The position numbers and the translations under genes are program-made. This document shows positions 55,310-64,000 of a stretch of DNA of 64,000 nt, in pieces. How positions within the stretch are numbered: the stretch's first letter is position 1; each line of letters begins with the position of its first letter. The stretch spans positions 16,366 to 80,365 of the forward strand of contig CAWBTQ010000005.1 of the NCBI GenBank assembly GCA_963791725.1, read 5' to 3'. The notes under the pieces are model-generated. The model was not told the DNA's origin and made no database searches. It saw only the letters and a program-made list of their open reading frames with translations. This stretch comes from an uncultured Chloroflexia bacterium (GTDB lineage Bacteria; Chloroflexota; Limnocylindria; Limnocylindrales; CSP1-4).

Positions 55310-56284
55310 ATGGGGTACGCGGAGAACGTCCGCATGATGCCGAACCGGTCGATGCGTTCCCTCTTGATCTCGCTCTCGCATCGACGCTCCCTTGCCCGCC
55401 TGGCCGTTCGCAGCCCGCTGACGCGTCCAGTCGTGGCGCGGTTCGTGGCCGGCGAGACGCTCGACGAGGCGCTGCCGGCGATCTCAGCGCTCAAGGCCGC
55501 CGGGCTCAAGACCACAGTCGACGTCCTCGGCGAATCCGTTACTTCAGCGGAGGGGGCGTCGGCCGCCGTGGACCGGTATCTGGCGACCGTCGCCGCGCTC
55601 TCGGAACAGGGCCTGGACCCGAACGTCAGCCTCAAGTTGACGCAGATGGGCCTGGAAATCGGCCCGGAAGTTGCCCTGGCCAACGTGATGCGGATCGTCG
55701 CGGCGGTCCGGGACGCCGGTGGCTTCATGCGGTTCGACATGGAGGACCATACCCAGACCGACGCCACTCTCGAGATCTGGCGGAAGGCCCACGACGCGTA
55801 TCCGCAGGTCGGGGTGGTGATCCAGTCCGCCCTCCGCCGCAGCTCGGCAGACGTCGACGCGCTGATCGCCGCCGACGGCCGCGTCCGGTTGTGCAAGGGG
55901 GCATACGCCGAGCCGGGCAGCGTCGCGTATCAGAGCAAGGCGGCCGTGGATGCGAACTACGCCCACCTCATGGAGCGGCTGCTGCTGGCGGACGTGCATC
56001 CGGCGCTGGCCACCCACGACCCGAAGCTGATCGCCAAAGCGATCGAGTTCGCCGAGTGCAAGGGGATAGGCCGCGACCGGTTCGAGTTCCAGATGCTCTA
56101 CGGCATCAGGCGCGACCTGCAGCGGATGCTCCTGGACCGAGGCTACACAGTCCGGATCTACGTCCCGTACGGTGGCGAGTGGTATCCGTACTTCATGCGC
56201 CGGCTCGCCGAACGCCCCGCCAACGTGGGCTTCATGCTTCGCGCGATCGTCAAGGAAGAGGGCCGCCGCCTCCGGGGCCACTAG
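55310..56284 (+). CDS. Proline dehydrogenase (monofunctional PutA-like).
   Basis: The family motifs (SLKLTQMG, FDMEDHTQTD, QMLYGIRRDLQ, VRIYVPYG) are present. The start is the ATG at 55310, with a GGGAGG RBS. Confidence 0.88.
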   Translation: MGYAENVRMMPNRSMRSLLISLSHRRSLARLAVRSPLTRPVVARFVAGETLDEALPAISALKAAGLKTTVDVLGESVTSAEGASAAVDRYLATVAALSEQGLDPNVSLKLTQMGLEIGPEVALANVMRIVAAVRDAGGFMRFDMEDHTQTDATLEIWRKAHDAYPQVGVVIQSALRRSSADVDALIAADGRVRLCKGAYAEPGSVAYQSKAAVDANYAHLMERLLLADVHPALATHDPKLIAKAIEFAECKGIGRDRFEFQMLYGIRRDLQRMLLDRGYTVRIYVPYGGEWYPYFMRRLAERPANVGFMLRAIVKEEGRRLRGH

Positions 56285-56357
56285 CCGGGCGGCAAGCCGG
56301 CTGGCGCCCAAGCCGACTCGCCCGGGCCGGCCGACGTCGGTCGGCGGACCTCGATGG

Positions 56358-57035
56358 CTACTCGACTGGCTGGCGCAGGACCGTCTTGAGCCTTGCCGGA
56401 TCGCCCCGGCGCGGATCGCCGAGATAGATCTCATGGTGGGCGCCGCGCGGCCGGCAGCCCTGGGCCGCGATGAAGGCGTGGAGTCTCTCGATCGTAGGCC
56501 GTTCTTCGCTGTAGGGACCGACATGCATGACCTGGGCGCTCCGGCCCTCGCGCCAGCGCTCGAGCCGCAATCGTCCGAGCATCTCGGAGTCGCCCTTCTT
56601 GCGGCGAACTTCAGTCACAGCAGCGTCGAATACCGCCGGCGTGACGTCGTCTGAGACGGCCAGGAGCGCCCGCCAGCCCCAGCGCTCGGGCGGCACGGCC
56701 ATGTCGAAGCTCTCATCGTCAGCGGTGAACCAGAGGGCCTCGAGCGGCAGGATCGGCATCGCCACGCCCTCGCGCTTGAGCCCGAACTTGATCGTGTACA
56801 CGACCGGGAACAGCGCCGCGAACGCCTTCTGGAAGTCGGTGGTGGGGTACTCGGCGCCCTCGTCGGGCGCTCCGCGGCCGTCGATCATGAGGTAGCCGAG
56901 CTCAGGTACGTCGACGAGCACGGGCTCTCGCGGGGGATTGAAGAGCGGCGACAGGGCCTTCTTCAGGTCCGGTCCGGACGCAAGGGAACTCCGACCGGAT
57001 GCGGTTTCGGGTCGGGTTGATGTCTTGACTGCCAT
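56358..57035 (-). CDS. GyrI-like small-molecule-binding domain protein.
   Basis: A duplicated beta-alpha-beta fold pattern and conserved Trp/Glu residues are typical of GyrI-like (AraC effector-binding-type) proteins. Confidence 0.6.
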   Translation of the reverse strand: MAVKTSTRPETASGRSSLASGPDLKKALSPLFNPPREPVLVDVPELGYLMIDGRGAPDEGAEYPTTDFQKAFAALFPVVYTIKFGLKREGVAMPILPLEALWFTADDESFDMAVPPERWGWRALLAVSDDVTPAVFDAAVTEVRRKKGDSEMLGRLRLERWREGRSAQVMHVGPYSEERPTIERLHAFIAAQGCRPRGAHHEIYLGDPRRGDPARLKTVLRQPVE

Positions 57036-57093
57036 CGATTGCCACCTCAATGCGCCTTTGCGGCGACTTGTACGGCCTCAGGCAGTGTGAGAG

Positions 57094-57594
57094 TCAAGCC
57101 CGAACGGCCACCTCAGCCTCGAGCGCTGCCGCCATCTGCTTGCAGTGTTCCTCGATGTGGCTGGCCAGCATCGTGTCTACGATCTGCCTGACGGTCATTT
57201 CTCCGCGTTGCTTGTGGAGGCCGCGCCGGGCGGCCTGTCGCTCGTCGAGCTCGAGCAAGCGCCTCAGCACGCGCTCGAGTGAGTTGTCCAGGCGGGCGTA
57301 CAGCTCATAAACCGGCAGAGTCCTGTCCCGATCGACGGTCAGGATCCGAGCCAGGTCGTTGGGCTGGCGCCCAAAGGGCACTGGCTCGAGCTGTCCCGAG
57401 AGCACGCGTTCGACCTCGCCGAGCCAGTAGGGGAGCATCTCGTCGATGTGGGCGAGGATCTCGCGGCCGACCCAGTCGCGCCGGCGAGGCAACTCCTCCG
57501 GCGGTGGCGCGCTCAGCTCGACTCGGGCCCGCATCCGGACCAGATTGTCTCTGGCGGTGCGCATACGTTCGACCTGGCTGTAGAGGATCGCCAT
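57094..57594 (-). CDS. DinB/YfiT-like four-helix-bundle protein.
   Basis: The protein is about 166 aa with a His triad (ILAHIDE, HKQRGEMT, SHIEEH) as in the DinB_2 family. The start is at the ATG at 57594. Confidence 0.55.
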   Translation of the reverse strand: MAILYSQVERMRTARDNLVRMRARVELSAPPPEELPRRRDWVGREILAHIDEMLPYWLGEVERVLSGQLEPVPFGRQPNDLARILTVDRDRTLPVYELYARLDNSLERVLRRLLELDERQAARRGLHKQRGEMTVRQIVDTMLASHIEEHCKQMAAALEAEVAVRA

Positions 57595-57747
57595 GTTTGG
57601 GTTCGTTCTCCGTGGCGGGCCGACTCCGGGGCCGGCCGCATCCCGCGAAGCGTAGCGCTTCCGCGCCGGCTGTGACCCTTTCTGCATCGTTTCCCGCGCG
57701 CACCGGACTGGTTCCTGCGTGCACCGGTGCGGGCCGTCGGCCGAAGG

Positions 57748-58719
57748 TCAGATTTCCTCCAGCACCACAGGGCGCGACTCGGAGGGTGTCGAGAACTGCG
57801 CCAGCAGGACTCCTGTGAGCACGATCGCGGCCCCCACGACTCGGATCGGGGAGAAGGCCTCGCCGAGAAACGTGATCCCGAGGAAGATCACGACGATCGG
57901 CTCGACGGTCGCCATGAGCGAAGCCTGGGCCGCGCCGATCCGGGCGGCCGAGGCATAGAAGGCCTGGATCGCCACCGCGGCCGCAAAGACACCGATGCCG
58001 ATCAAGCCCGGCCAGGCCGCGACCGGGATCTGTGAGGGCAACAGGGGTTCGCGAGCCAGCAGGCCCAAGGCCAGCGTAGCCATCCACGTCCCGGTCATCA
58101 TGATCGCCCCGGCGACCGGCGGAGACACCTCGGCGCCCTTGCCCCGAGATCGCATGTCGGCCGTCTGGCCGGGTCGCTCGCCGGCCATCCAGGCGGTCAG
58201 GACGATGTAGAAGGAATAGAAGACCGGCGACAGGAGGGCCAGGATTATCCCTCCCTGGTTGGTGTTCGGGTTGACGCCACCGATCGTCAGGACGGTTCCC
58301 ATGATCACTATGGCCAGCGATCCCCAGGCCAGCCTGCCTTCGAACTTGTAGCCGAGCCGCAGCGATAGCACGGCCACGAGAGCCGGATATGCGCTCATCA
58401 GCAAGGCCACCAGGGAGATGTCGATCTTCTCGATGGCGGCGTAGTACACGCTGGCGTTTACGAGGAAGAAGGCGCCCGTGAAGAGGAGCCGGGCGACGGT
58501 GCGACGATCCAGTTCTCGAAGCGCGGCTCGAGCTCGCGGCTGGATGAGCAGCCAGGCCCAGCTGACGATCATGGCAAAGGTGAAGCGCCACACCAGCATC
58601 GCTATCCAGTCCACGCCTGCCGGAAAGACGTAGGCCTTGAAGAAGAGCGGTCCGGTGCCGTAGGCGGCACCGGCGAGTGCCCCCAAACCGATGCCAACGA
58701 TGCGTCGACGATTCATCAT
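57748..58719 (-). CDS. DMT-superfamily transporter (EamA family).
   Basis: Ten TM helices form two EamA repeats. Confidence 0.85.
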   Translation of the reverse strand: MMNRRRIVGIGLGALAGAAYGTGPLFFKAYVFPAGVDWIAMLVWRFTFAMIVSWAWLLIQPRARAALRELDRRTVARLLFTGAFFLVNASVYYAAIEKIDISLVALLMSAYPALVAVLSLRLGYKFEGRLAWGSLAIVIMGTVLTIGGVNPNTNQGGIILALLSPVFYSFYIVLTAWMAGERPGQTADMRSRGKGAEVSPPVAGAIMMTGTWMATLALGLLAREPLLPSQIPVAAWPGLIGIGVFAAAVAIQAFYASAARIGAAQASLMATVEPIVVIFLGITFLGEAFSPIRVVGAAIVLTGVLLAQFSTPSESRPVVLEEI

Positions 58720-58983
58720 CGAAGGCTACCAGCCGGCTCCTCCGTCTCGCTGGCCCGCCAGCCAGTCCCGGCGGTAGGCCTTCGGTCACGGCGGCCCGTC
58801 GGCCCAGGTGCGCCGCGTTGCTTTTGGAGTAGTACCCAGACCCCGCCCCCAGCCCCTCCATCCAGACTACGGTCCGAGTACCGTTCGGAGGGTACGAGTG
58901 AGTCATATGCCCGTCGTCTCCCCCCACCTACGATCTCCACGATCGAAGCGGTCAGATGACCGCCAGATGTGAGGTCGGATGCG

Positions 58984-59238
58984 ATGACTCAGGCCCGCGA
59001 ACGCTGCCCGCGCTGCGGAAGGCGCCTGGTGAGCACGCGCTTCGACACCACGTTCCGGCTGCCGGATCGAAGCGAGCGTCTGTGCTTCGGAATCCCGGGC
59101 GGGCTGTGCGACGATTGCCACCAGCTGTACATCGACCCCGAGCTGATCGAGCTGCTCGATCTGGGCCAGGGCCGTTGCGTCTTCGCCATCGAGAGCGATC
59201 TCGTCCTCCAGGAACAGGCCTGGTCCAGCGCCGACTGA
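58984..59238 (+). CDS. YgiT-type (MqsA N-terminal-like) zinc-ribbon protein.
   Basis: CPRCGRRLVSTRFDTTFRLPDRSERLCF-GIPGGLCDDCHQLYIDPELIELLDL matches the TIGR03831 pattern CPxCG...TF...R......VPA.VC..CGE.Y.....L..L. The start is the ATG at 58984 with a GAGG RBS; a GTG at 58969 is the alternative. Confidence 0.6.
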   Translation: MTQARERCPRCGRRLVSTRFDTTFRLPDRSERLCFGIPGGLCDDCHQLYIDPELIELLDLGQGRCVFAIESDLVLQEQAWSSAD

Positions 59239-59346
59239 TCGCGGCGGTCTCCTCTCGGTTCTTCATCGCTCGCCGTTCGTCTCGTGACGCGTTCCGACCG
59301 GCGCCGACCCTCGTCCGGGTTGCCTTGGCGGAGCACAATCCACTCC

Positions 59347-59721
59347 GTGAGTGATCTGGAACGTGCCGCCGACACGCCTCTTCCCGATGACGGCCCCGCC
59401 GCCCGCCGGCCTGCCGGAATGTGCCGCGGGCCCGGCCATATCGTCGTGTACGGCAACCCCGCCTTCATCGGCGCCTTTGGCGCCAGAGCGGTGGGAATGC
59501 CGGCCCGCGAGAGCCTGCTGGATCTGCCCCCGGCCGCGTTCACGCTGCTCGACGCGGTGCTGTCGCGGGGCAAGCCGCTCGCCCGCTGGATCCGCTATGG
59601 CGGCGAGGACTGGCGCATGACCGTCGTGCCGCGGGTCGATCCGGACGGCGACGTCTACGGCGTCTCGTTCCATCTGCGGGCTCGATCCGACGTCGCTGAG
59701 GGAGCATCCGAGGGGGCCTGA
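59347..59721 (+). CDS. Hypothetical protein.
   Basis: The ORF follows the zinc-ribbon gene on the same strand. The start is uncertain (GTG at 59347 or ATG at 59419), and no motif was recognised. Confidence 0.35.
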   Translation: MSDLERAADTPLPDDGPAARRPAGMCRGPGHIVVYGNPAFIGAFGARAVGMPARESLLDLPPAAFTLLDAVLSRGKPLARWIRYGGEDWRMTVVPRVDPDGDVYGVSFHLRARSDVAEGASEGA

Positions 59722-59749
59722 CGGTCCGTCCCGCCGGGAGGCCTGAGGC

Positions 59750-60781
59750 TCAGCGGCTCGTGGACCGCCGGACCTTCTCCGCGATCCAGAGGCTGACGGC
59801 GGCCCGGCGGCGCATCTCGCCGCCTCCGGCGTGGCCCTTGAGCGTGGCGTCGAGCTCGAGCAGGCCGGCGAGAGCATCGTCCAACTCGGGTGGCGTCCAG
59901 GTTCGGGCCTGCGCAGCCAGCCTCTCCGCTCGGTACGGATTCAGCTTCAGGGTCCGGACCAGGACCGCCGCCGGCGTGCCGCTGTTCAGCAAATCCAGGA
60001 TCTCGATCAATTCGCGGATGCGGCGATGCAGATGGACCACGAGTACGGGGCCGGGGACCTCGTCGAGCCGATCGGCCAGCTCGGCGGCCTCCCGCGCATG
60101 GCGCAACCCGATCGCGTCGAGGAATGCCCAGGTCGAGCCCGGCACGGCGTCGGTGACGAGCGCCTTGACGTCCTCTGGGCCGATCTGGCCGTCCAGCCGG
60201 TAGAGCGCGAGCTTCTCGAGCTCGGCCACGGCCAGCTCACCCTGGCGGCTGCGGTTGACGTCGCTTTCGCGAACGTTGGCCCCAACGCGGCGACCGAGCT
60301 CGGCCGCGGCGGCGGGCGTGATCCCGATGCCGCGCTCGCGGGCACGGTCGGCGATCCAGCGGGCCATGCCGTCCTGCGTGGGGGAGCGGAACTCCCGGAC
60401 CTCGCCGCCGGCGACGGCAACGGCGTTGCGCAGGTTCTCGAGCGACGCGGGTCGGCGGACCGTGCCATCGACTGTATCGAGGAACGCGAGTCCGTTGCCG
60501 GGGGCCACCGACGCCAGTGTCTCGGCCAGCCGTGCCGCCAGCGGTTTGGTGGAAACGAGCGGCGCTGGCTCGACCACGATTACGAGAGTCCCGCCGCCAA
60601 AGAGCGTTGCCGTTGCCACCTTCTCGCCGATCTCGCCGGCGGTGGTGGCCGATCCGGCGAGCCGGACTCGGTACAGCGCGTCACCGTCGCCGGCAATCCT
60701 GACGGCCAGTGCGTCCGGACCTCGAGAGACGCCGTACGCATCGTCACCCCAGTAGTAGCCGAGCGGCGCAGTCGGGGCCAT
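59750..60781 (-). CDS. holA: DNA polymerase III delta subunit.
   Basis: The protein is 343 aa with the HolA N-terminus (YYWGDDAY... LFGGGTLVIV) and a C-terminal helical domain. It sits in the comEC-holA context. Confidence 0.85.
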   Translation of the reverse strand: MAPTAPLGYYWGDDAYGVSRGPDALAVRIAGDGDALYRVRLAGSATTAGEIGEKVATATLFGGGTLVIVVEPAPLVSTKPLAARLAETLASVAPGNGLAFLDTVDGTVRRPASLENLRNAVAVAGGEVREFRSPTQDGMARWIADRARERGIGITPAAAAELGRRVGANVRESDVNRSRQGELAVAELEKLALYRLDGQIGPEDVKALVTDAVPGSTWAFLDAIGLRHAREAAELADRLDEVPGPVLVVHLHRRIRELIEILDLLNSGTPAAVLVRTLKLNPYRAERLAAQARTWTPPELDDALAGLLELDATLKGHAGGGEMRRRAAVSLWIAEKVRRSTSR

Positions 60782-61491
60782 CAGTCGGGCCCATCGCGAT
60801 GGGCGGCGCCACGGCGGGTGCCTCGCTTCGGCCCGCTGCCGCCGTCGGCACGGACTCCCTCGGCCACCGCCGCTCGTGCGGCGGCGATTGCGCGCCGCGT
60901 CCAGGCCAGCCGCCGCACCTCGGCCGGCGACACGCCGGCGAGAGTGCAGGCGCGACGTTCGATCTCCTCGGCGCGGGCTCGCACCGCAGCCAGCGTCGCT
61001 GCGGTCCAGCTGCCGCGAGCCCGCCCGATGCGCTCCGCCGGTGGGTAGCGGCGCTCCCAGGATTCGAACCGCTCGGCCATCGACTCGAGGCGCTGGCCTG
61101 CCCGCTTATCCGCGTACGCGACGATCAGGGCTTCGGGCGAGGCCGAGGCGAGCCAGCCTTCGTACCAGCCGAGGTCCGCCAGGCGCGTCACCGGGTGACC
61201 GATAACCACCGGCCCGAGCTCCGGGTAGCCCTGTCGAGCCAGCCAATCGGCGGATCCCCGGCCGTGGGCCAGCCCATCGGTGAGCGGTTTGACGCGATCG
61301 AGCTTGTCGACATCATGCAGGAGCGAGGCCGCCTCCACGAGGCGGCGGTCGAGCGACCGGCCAGCCGAAACCGCCCGCCATGCCAGCCAGCCTGCCGTCT
61401 CCGCGACGGCTCGCGAGTGGCGGAGGTGCCATGCCTGGGGCTCGAGCGACAGAAGCAGTGCCGCGCTGTCGCGACGGTTCGGGACGGACAT
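60781..61491 (-). CDS. HD-domain phosphohydrolase.
   Basis: The H...HD motif (LRHSRAVAETAGWLA ... ASLLHDVDK) is present. The stop overlaps the holA start. Its 5' region overlaps the comEC 3' end by 179 nt in another frame, so the true start may be an internal non-ATG codon. Confidence 0.65.
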   Translation of the reverse strand: MSVPNRRDSAALLLSLEPQAWHLRHSRAVAETAGWLAWRAVSAGRSLDRRLVEAASLLHDVDKLDRVKPLTDGLAHGRGSADWLARQGYPELGPVVIGHPVTRLADLGWYEGWLASASPEALIVAYADKRAGQRLESMAERFESWERRYPPAERIGRARGSWTAATLAAVRARAEEIERRACTLAGVSPAEVRRLAWTRRAIAAARAAVAEGVRADGGSGPKRGTRRGAAHRDGPD

Positions 61492-63973
61492 CGGGTGAAT
61501 CGTACAGGAGCGCGAACCGGACGGAGGGCGCTCGCGGCGAGGCGTCCGTGCCGGCGATCGGCCACGAACCGACGGCCGGCCACGAACCGGTGGCCGCGGC
61601 CGCGGACTGTCGCGACCGCGCCGGGTCTGCTGTCGCGGCGCCGGAGGACACGACCTTCACTGTCGTCCGGTCGAGCATCGTGTCGACCGTGCCGTCCTGG
61701 TCGGTCCGCAGGACGCGCGACGAATGGGCACGCAAACGGGCCATGGTGCCGCCGTTCGGGTGTCCGTAGGTGTTCTTTGCCCCGACGGAGACGACTGCGA
61801 CGGAAGGGCGGAGCACGCCCAGCAGCACGTCCGACGAAGCGGTCGCGCTACCGTGATGCGGTACCTTGAGCATGTCGATCGCCGGCAGGCCGCGGCCGAT
61901 CAGGATCGGATCGACATCATCTTCCGCATCGCCGGTCAGCAAGAAACGACGACCTTCGAACTCGCCGAGCAGAACGACCGACGCGTCGTTCGTCTCGCGG
62001 TTGGCGGTTGCGTTCGGGTCCAGATAGCTCGGGCGTTCCCGGCCGTCGTCGGGCCACAAGACGGTCAGCGTGGCATCGTCGAGCTGCAGCACTTCACCGG
62101 TCCCGAGTCGATCCGTTTCGATCCCGCGCGCCGACAGGGCGGCCTTCCAGGCTCGATACGCAGACGTTTCCGCGGGCCAGCCCGACTCGAAGGCCCGACC
62201 CACCTGATAGCGCTCGACGACGGCGACCAACCCCGCCACATGGTCGTCGTGCGGGTGGGTGAGCACGATCGCGTTCAGCCGGCGGTCCCAAGTGGGTATG
62301 TAGCGGTCGAGGTCGGCGATGAGAACGTTCGGGTCGGGCCCGCCGTCGATCAGAATCCTGCCGCCACGATCTCCCTCGATCAGGATCGAATCACCCTGGC
62401 CGACGTCGAGAACGACGACGTGCATGCTGCCATCCGGCCTGGCGGCGACCACGGAGCCGGCCAGGACCGCGAGGAGGGCGGCTCCCGCGATGGCCCAGCG
62501 GTATCTCGGCCTGATGCGCGGCCCGGCCGGCGGGCTCGGTTTGGTCTGGACGGCTCTCTGCCGGGCCTTCGACCGGCCTCTCGTCGAGAGGACGCGGTGG
62601 ATCTGCACGAGCAGACCCGCAGCGCTGGCGGCGGCGGCGACGTTGGCCGGGAACGGCAGCGTCTCGTTTGCGGCCGGAACGGCCGCGGCGATGCTCACGA
62701 CCGTCACCAGGGCGGAGAGCAGCAACGCAGCCGGCATTGCCAGCAAGCCGCCAAGTGAGGTCGGCAGACCGACTGTGGCCAGCCACCCGGCCCCGAACGC
62801 AACCGCTCCGGTGGCCATCACCGGCGGGACGAGCGGGACCGCGACCAGGTTGGCCGCCGGAGCGATGATCGCCAGGCGCCCGAAGGTGAGGAGCACGATC
62901 GGCAGGGTCGTGGCCTGGGCCGCCAGCGAGATGCCGAGACTCTCGCGTATGGAGCCGGGGATCCATGGCGCTCGCGCGGTCAGCCAGCTCGTGAGCGGCG
63001 TCGCCCAGGCGACGAGCCCGGCGGTGGCGGCGGCCGACAGCTGGAATCCGACGTCGGCGACGGTGGCCGGTTCTGCGACCAGCATGATCGAGGCCGCCCA
63101 GGCCAGGCCAACCATGACTCTCGACCCGCGCCCGCTTTCCACCGCGGCGAGAGCGACGCCGGCCATCACTGCTGCCCTGACCACCGACGGCGACCCCCCG
63201 GCGAAGAGGGTGTACGCGACGATCGCCGCGATGGTGACGATCGCCCGAGAGCGCCGGCTCAGGTGGCCCCGCAGAAGGGCGGCCACGGTGGCGGCCACGA
63301 TCGCGATGTTCCAGCCGGAGATGGCAACGATATGACTGACCCCGGCCGTGGTGAATGCGGCGGCAACGTCGCGGTCCACCCGGTCGCGCAACCCAATGAG
63401 AATCGCGGCGGCCAATCCGCCCTCCGGCTCCGGCAGGACCCGCTGCAGCGCGTCCCCCGACGACTGCCGAACGGCCTCGAGCCGGCCGGCCGGGGACTCG
63501 TCGTGACGCACGATCGCGAGGTCCGTGGCCTGGCAACTAGCCGCGATGCCCTGGGAGGCGAGGAACCGGTCGTAGTCGCTTTCCGTCAGCGGCCGGATCG
63601 AGCCGGACCAGGAGATCGTGTCGCCGCCGATCACCCTCGGATAGACGGGCAGCTGCGCCGAGCAGGTCGTGGCCCGCTCGGCCAGCGCGATCGTGGCCAT
63701 CTGACGCCCGTTGGTTTCGTGGGCGCTTTCCACCGTGGCGAGCCAGGGACCGGTGTCCGGCGACGTCGACGTCGTCTCGGCCGGGGCCGCCCCGGCACCG
63801 ATGGCCAACCCGACCGCGAGCCTGGCCGCCACCATAGCCGCACCCAGCGAGGCGACCGCGAGCGAGGTCCCGAGCCGGGGCCGACCGCCCGCCCGGGCCG
63901 CGCACGATGCCGCTCCGAGCGCCAGGGCCGTCGCGGTGGCGGCCACGATCGCCTCAGCCGAGTCGCCCCCCAT
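61313..63973 (-). CDS. comEC: ComEC/Rec2 DNA internalisation channel protein.
   Basis: A multi-TM competence domain precedes a C-terminal metallo-beta-lactamase domain (VLDVGQGDSILIE, LTHPHDDHVAG, KVPHHGS). The ATG start lies at 63973 near the window edge, so the gene could extend further. Confidence 0.85.
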   Translation of the reverse strand: MGGDSAEAIVAATATALALGAASCAARAGGRPRLGTSLAVASLGAAMVAARLAVGLAIGAGAAPAETTSTSPDTGPWLATVESAHETNGRQMATIALAERATTCSAQLPVYPRVIGGDTISWSGSIRPLTESDYDRFLASQGIAASCQATDLAIVRHDESPAGRLEAVRQSSGDALQRVLPEPEGGLAAAILIGLRDRVDRDVAAAFTTAGVSHIVAISGWNIAIVAATVAALLRGHLSRRSRAIVTIAAIVAYTLFAGGSPSVVRAAVMAGVALAAVESGRGSRVMVGLAWAASIMLVAEPATVADVGFQLSAAATAGLVAWATPLTSWLTARAPWIPGSIRESLGISLAAQATTLPIVLLTFGRLAIIAPAANLVAVPLVPPVMATGAVAFGAGWLATVGLPTSLGGLLAMPAALLLSALVTVVSIAAAVPAANETLPFPANVAAAASAAGLLVQIHRVLSTRGRSKARQRAVQTKPSPPAGPRIRPRYRWAIAGAALLAVLAGSVVAARPDGSMHVVVLDVGQGDSILIEGDRGGRILIDGGPDPNVLIADLDRYIPTWDRRLNAIVLTHPHDDHVAGLVAVVERYQVGRAFESGWPAETSAYRAWKAALSARGIETDRLGTGEVLQLDDATLTVLWPDDGRERPSYLDPNATANRETNDASVVLLGEFEGRRFLLTGDAEDDVDPILIGRGLPAIDMLKVPHHGSATASSDVLLGVLRPSVAVVSVGAKNTYGHPNGGTMARLRAHSSRVLRTDQDGTVDTMLDRTTVKVVSSGAATADPARSRQSAAAATGSWPAVGSWPIAGTDASPRAPSVRFALLYDSPDVRPEPSRQRGTASVARAPGMAPPPLASRRGDGRLAGMAGGFGWPVARPPPRGGGLAPA

Positions 63974-64000
63974 GGGTTGATACGAGGCGGTGCCGGCCGC

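Noticed and set aside
1-64000. CRISPR arrays, IS elements and prophage genes.
   Set aside because: No regularly spaced direct repeats, transposase or integrase motifs, or phage structural genes appear on either strand. The only notable DNA repeat is the intragenic PGQSWG-coding duplication.

Overview
This 64 kb window is a high-GC (about 68-70%) bacterial chromosomal segment. It encodes roughly 60 protein genes and two tRNAs, and I found no transposases, integrases, phage genes or CRISPR arrays. Several traits point to a Gram-positive, Actinobacteria-like lineage. Neither sugar ABC importer carries its own ATPase gene, which fits the shared MsiK-type ATPase seen in that group. An LmbE/PIG-L deacetylase, a 7Fe-type FdxA ferredoxin and a comEC-HD-holA cluster point the same way. 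I cannot name the organism from the sequence alone.

The most unusual feature is a mannose-family PTS operon with separate IIA and IIB genes and a fused IIC-IID gene, the reverse of the usual IIAB/IIC/IID layout. Its divergent SorC regulator gene carries a one-base frameshift in a C/G homopolymer run, which could be a true pseudogene or a sequencing error.

Two carbohydrate-uptake loci flank that operon. The first runs acs, a LacI regulator, a three-gene sugar ABC importer, a beta-lactamase-fold esterase, a uridine-kinase-family P-loop kinase and a GH13_18 sucrose-phosphorylase-like enzyme. The kinase-phosphorylase pairing is not a textbook one. The second locus is a GH127 beta-L-arabinofuranosidase flanked by its own LacI regulator and a second sugar ABC importer. 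Two near-canonical LacI operators sit in the divergent promoter between the GH127 gene and the importer.

Other multi-gene units include a divergent 835-aa transketolase-like gene whose start overlaps the stop of an aspartate aminotransferase gene (ATGA), under a divergent LysR regulator. Further on are a membrane Kelch-propeller protein and a small FHA protein beside tRNA-Lys, an orphan beta-class DNA methyltransferase, and a small metal-associated cluster. That cluster holds a His-rich secreted protein, a TraR/DksA zinc finger, a 55-aa YHS mini-protein and FdxA. Proline-related genes proC, an S9 peptidase and a proline dehydrogenase lie in one stretch, and the window ends with a comEC-HD-holA block.

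Single genes of note include an IPDC-like TPP decarboxylase, mgsA, a VIT-family transporter, a class B acid phosphatase, a Crp/Fnr regulator, DUF309 and DUF2203 proteins, an EamA transporter and an initiator tRNA-fMet.

Many long ORFs in the six-frame track are antisense or N-terminal-extension artefacts of the high GC content. I trimmed gene starts to plausible ATG/GTG codons with Shine-Dalgarno support where I could find it. One short, well-supported ORF (the YHS protein) is absent from the track. I found no clearly novel defence or mobile system; the candidates worth a second look are listed below.
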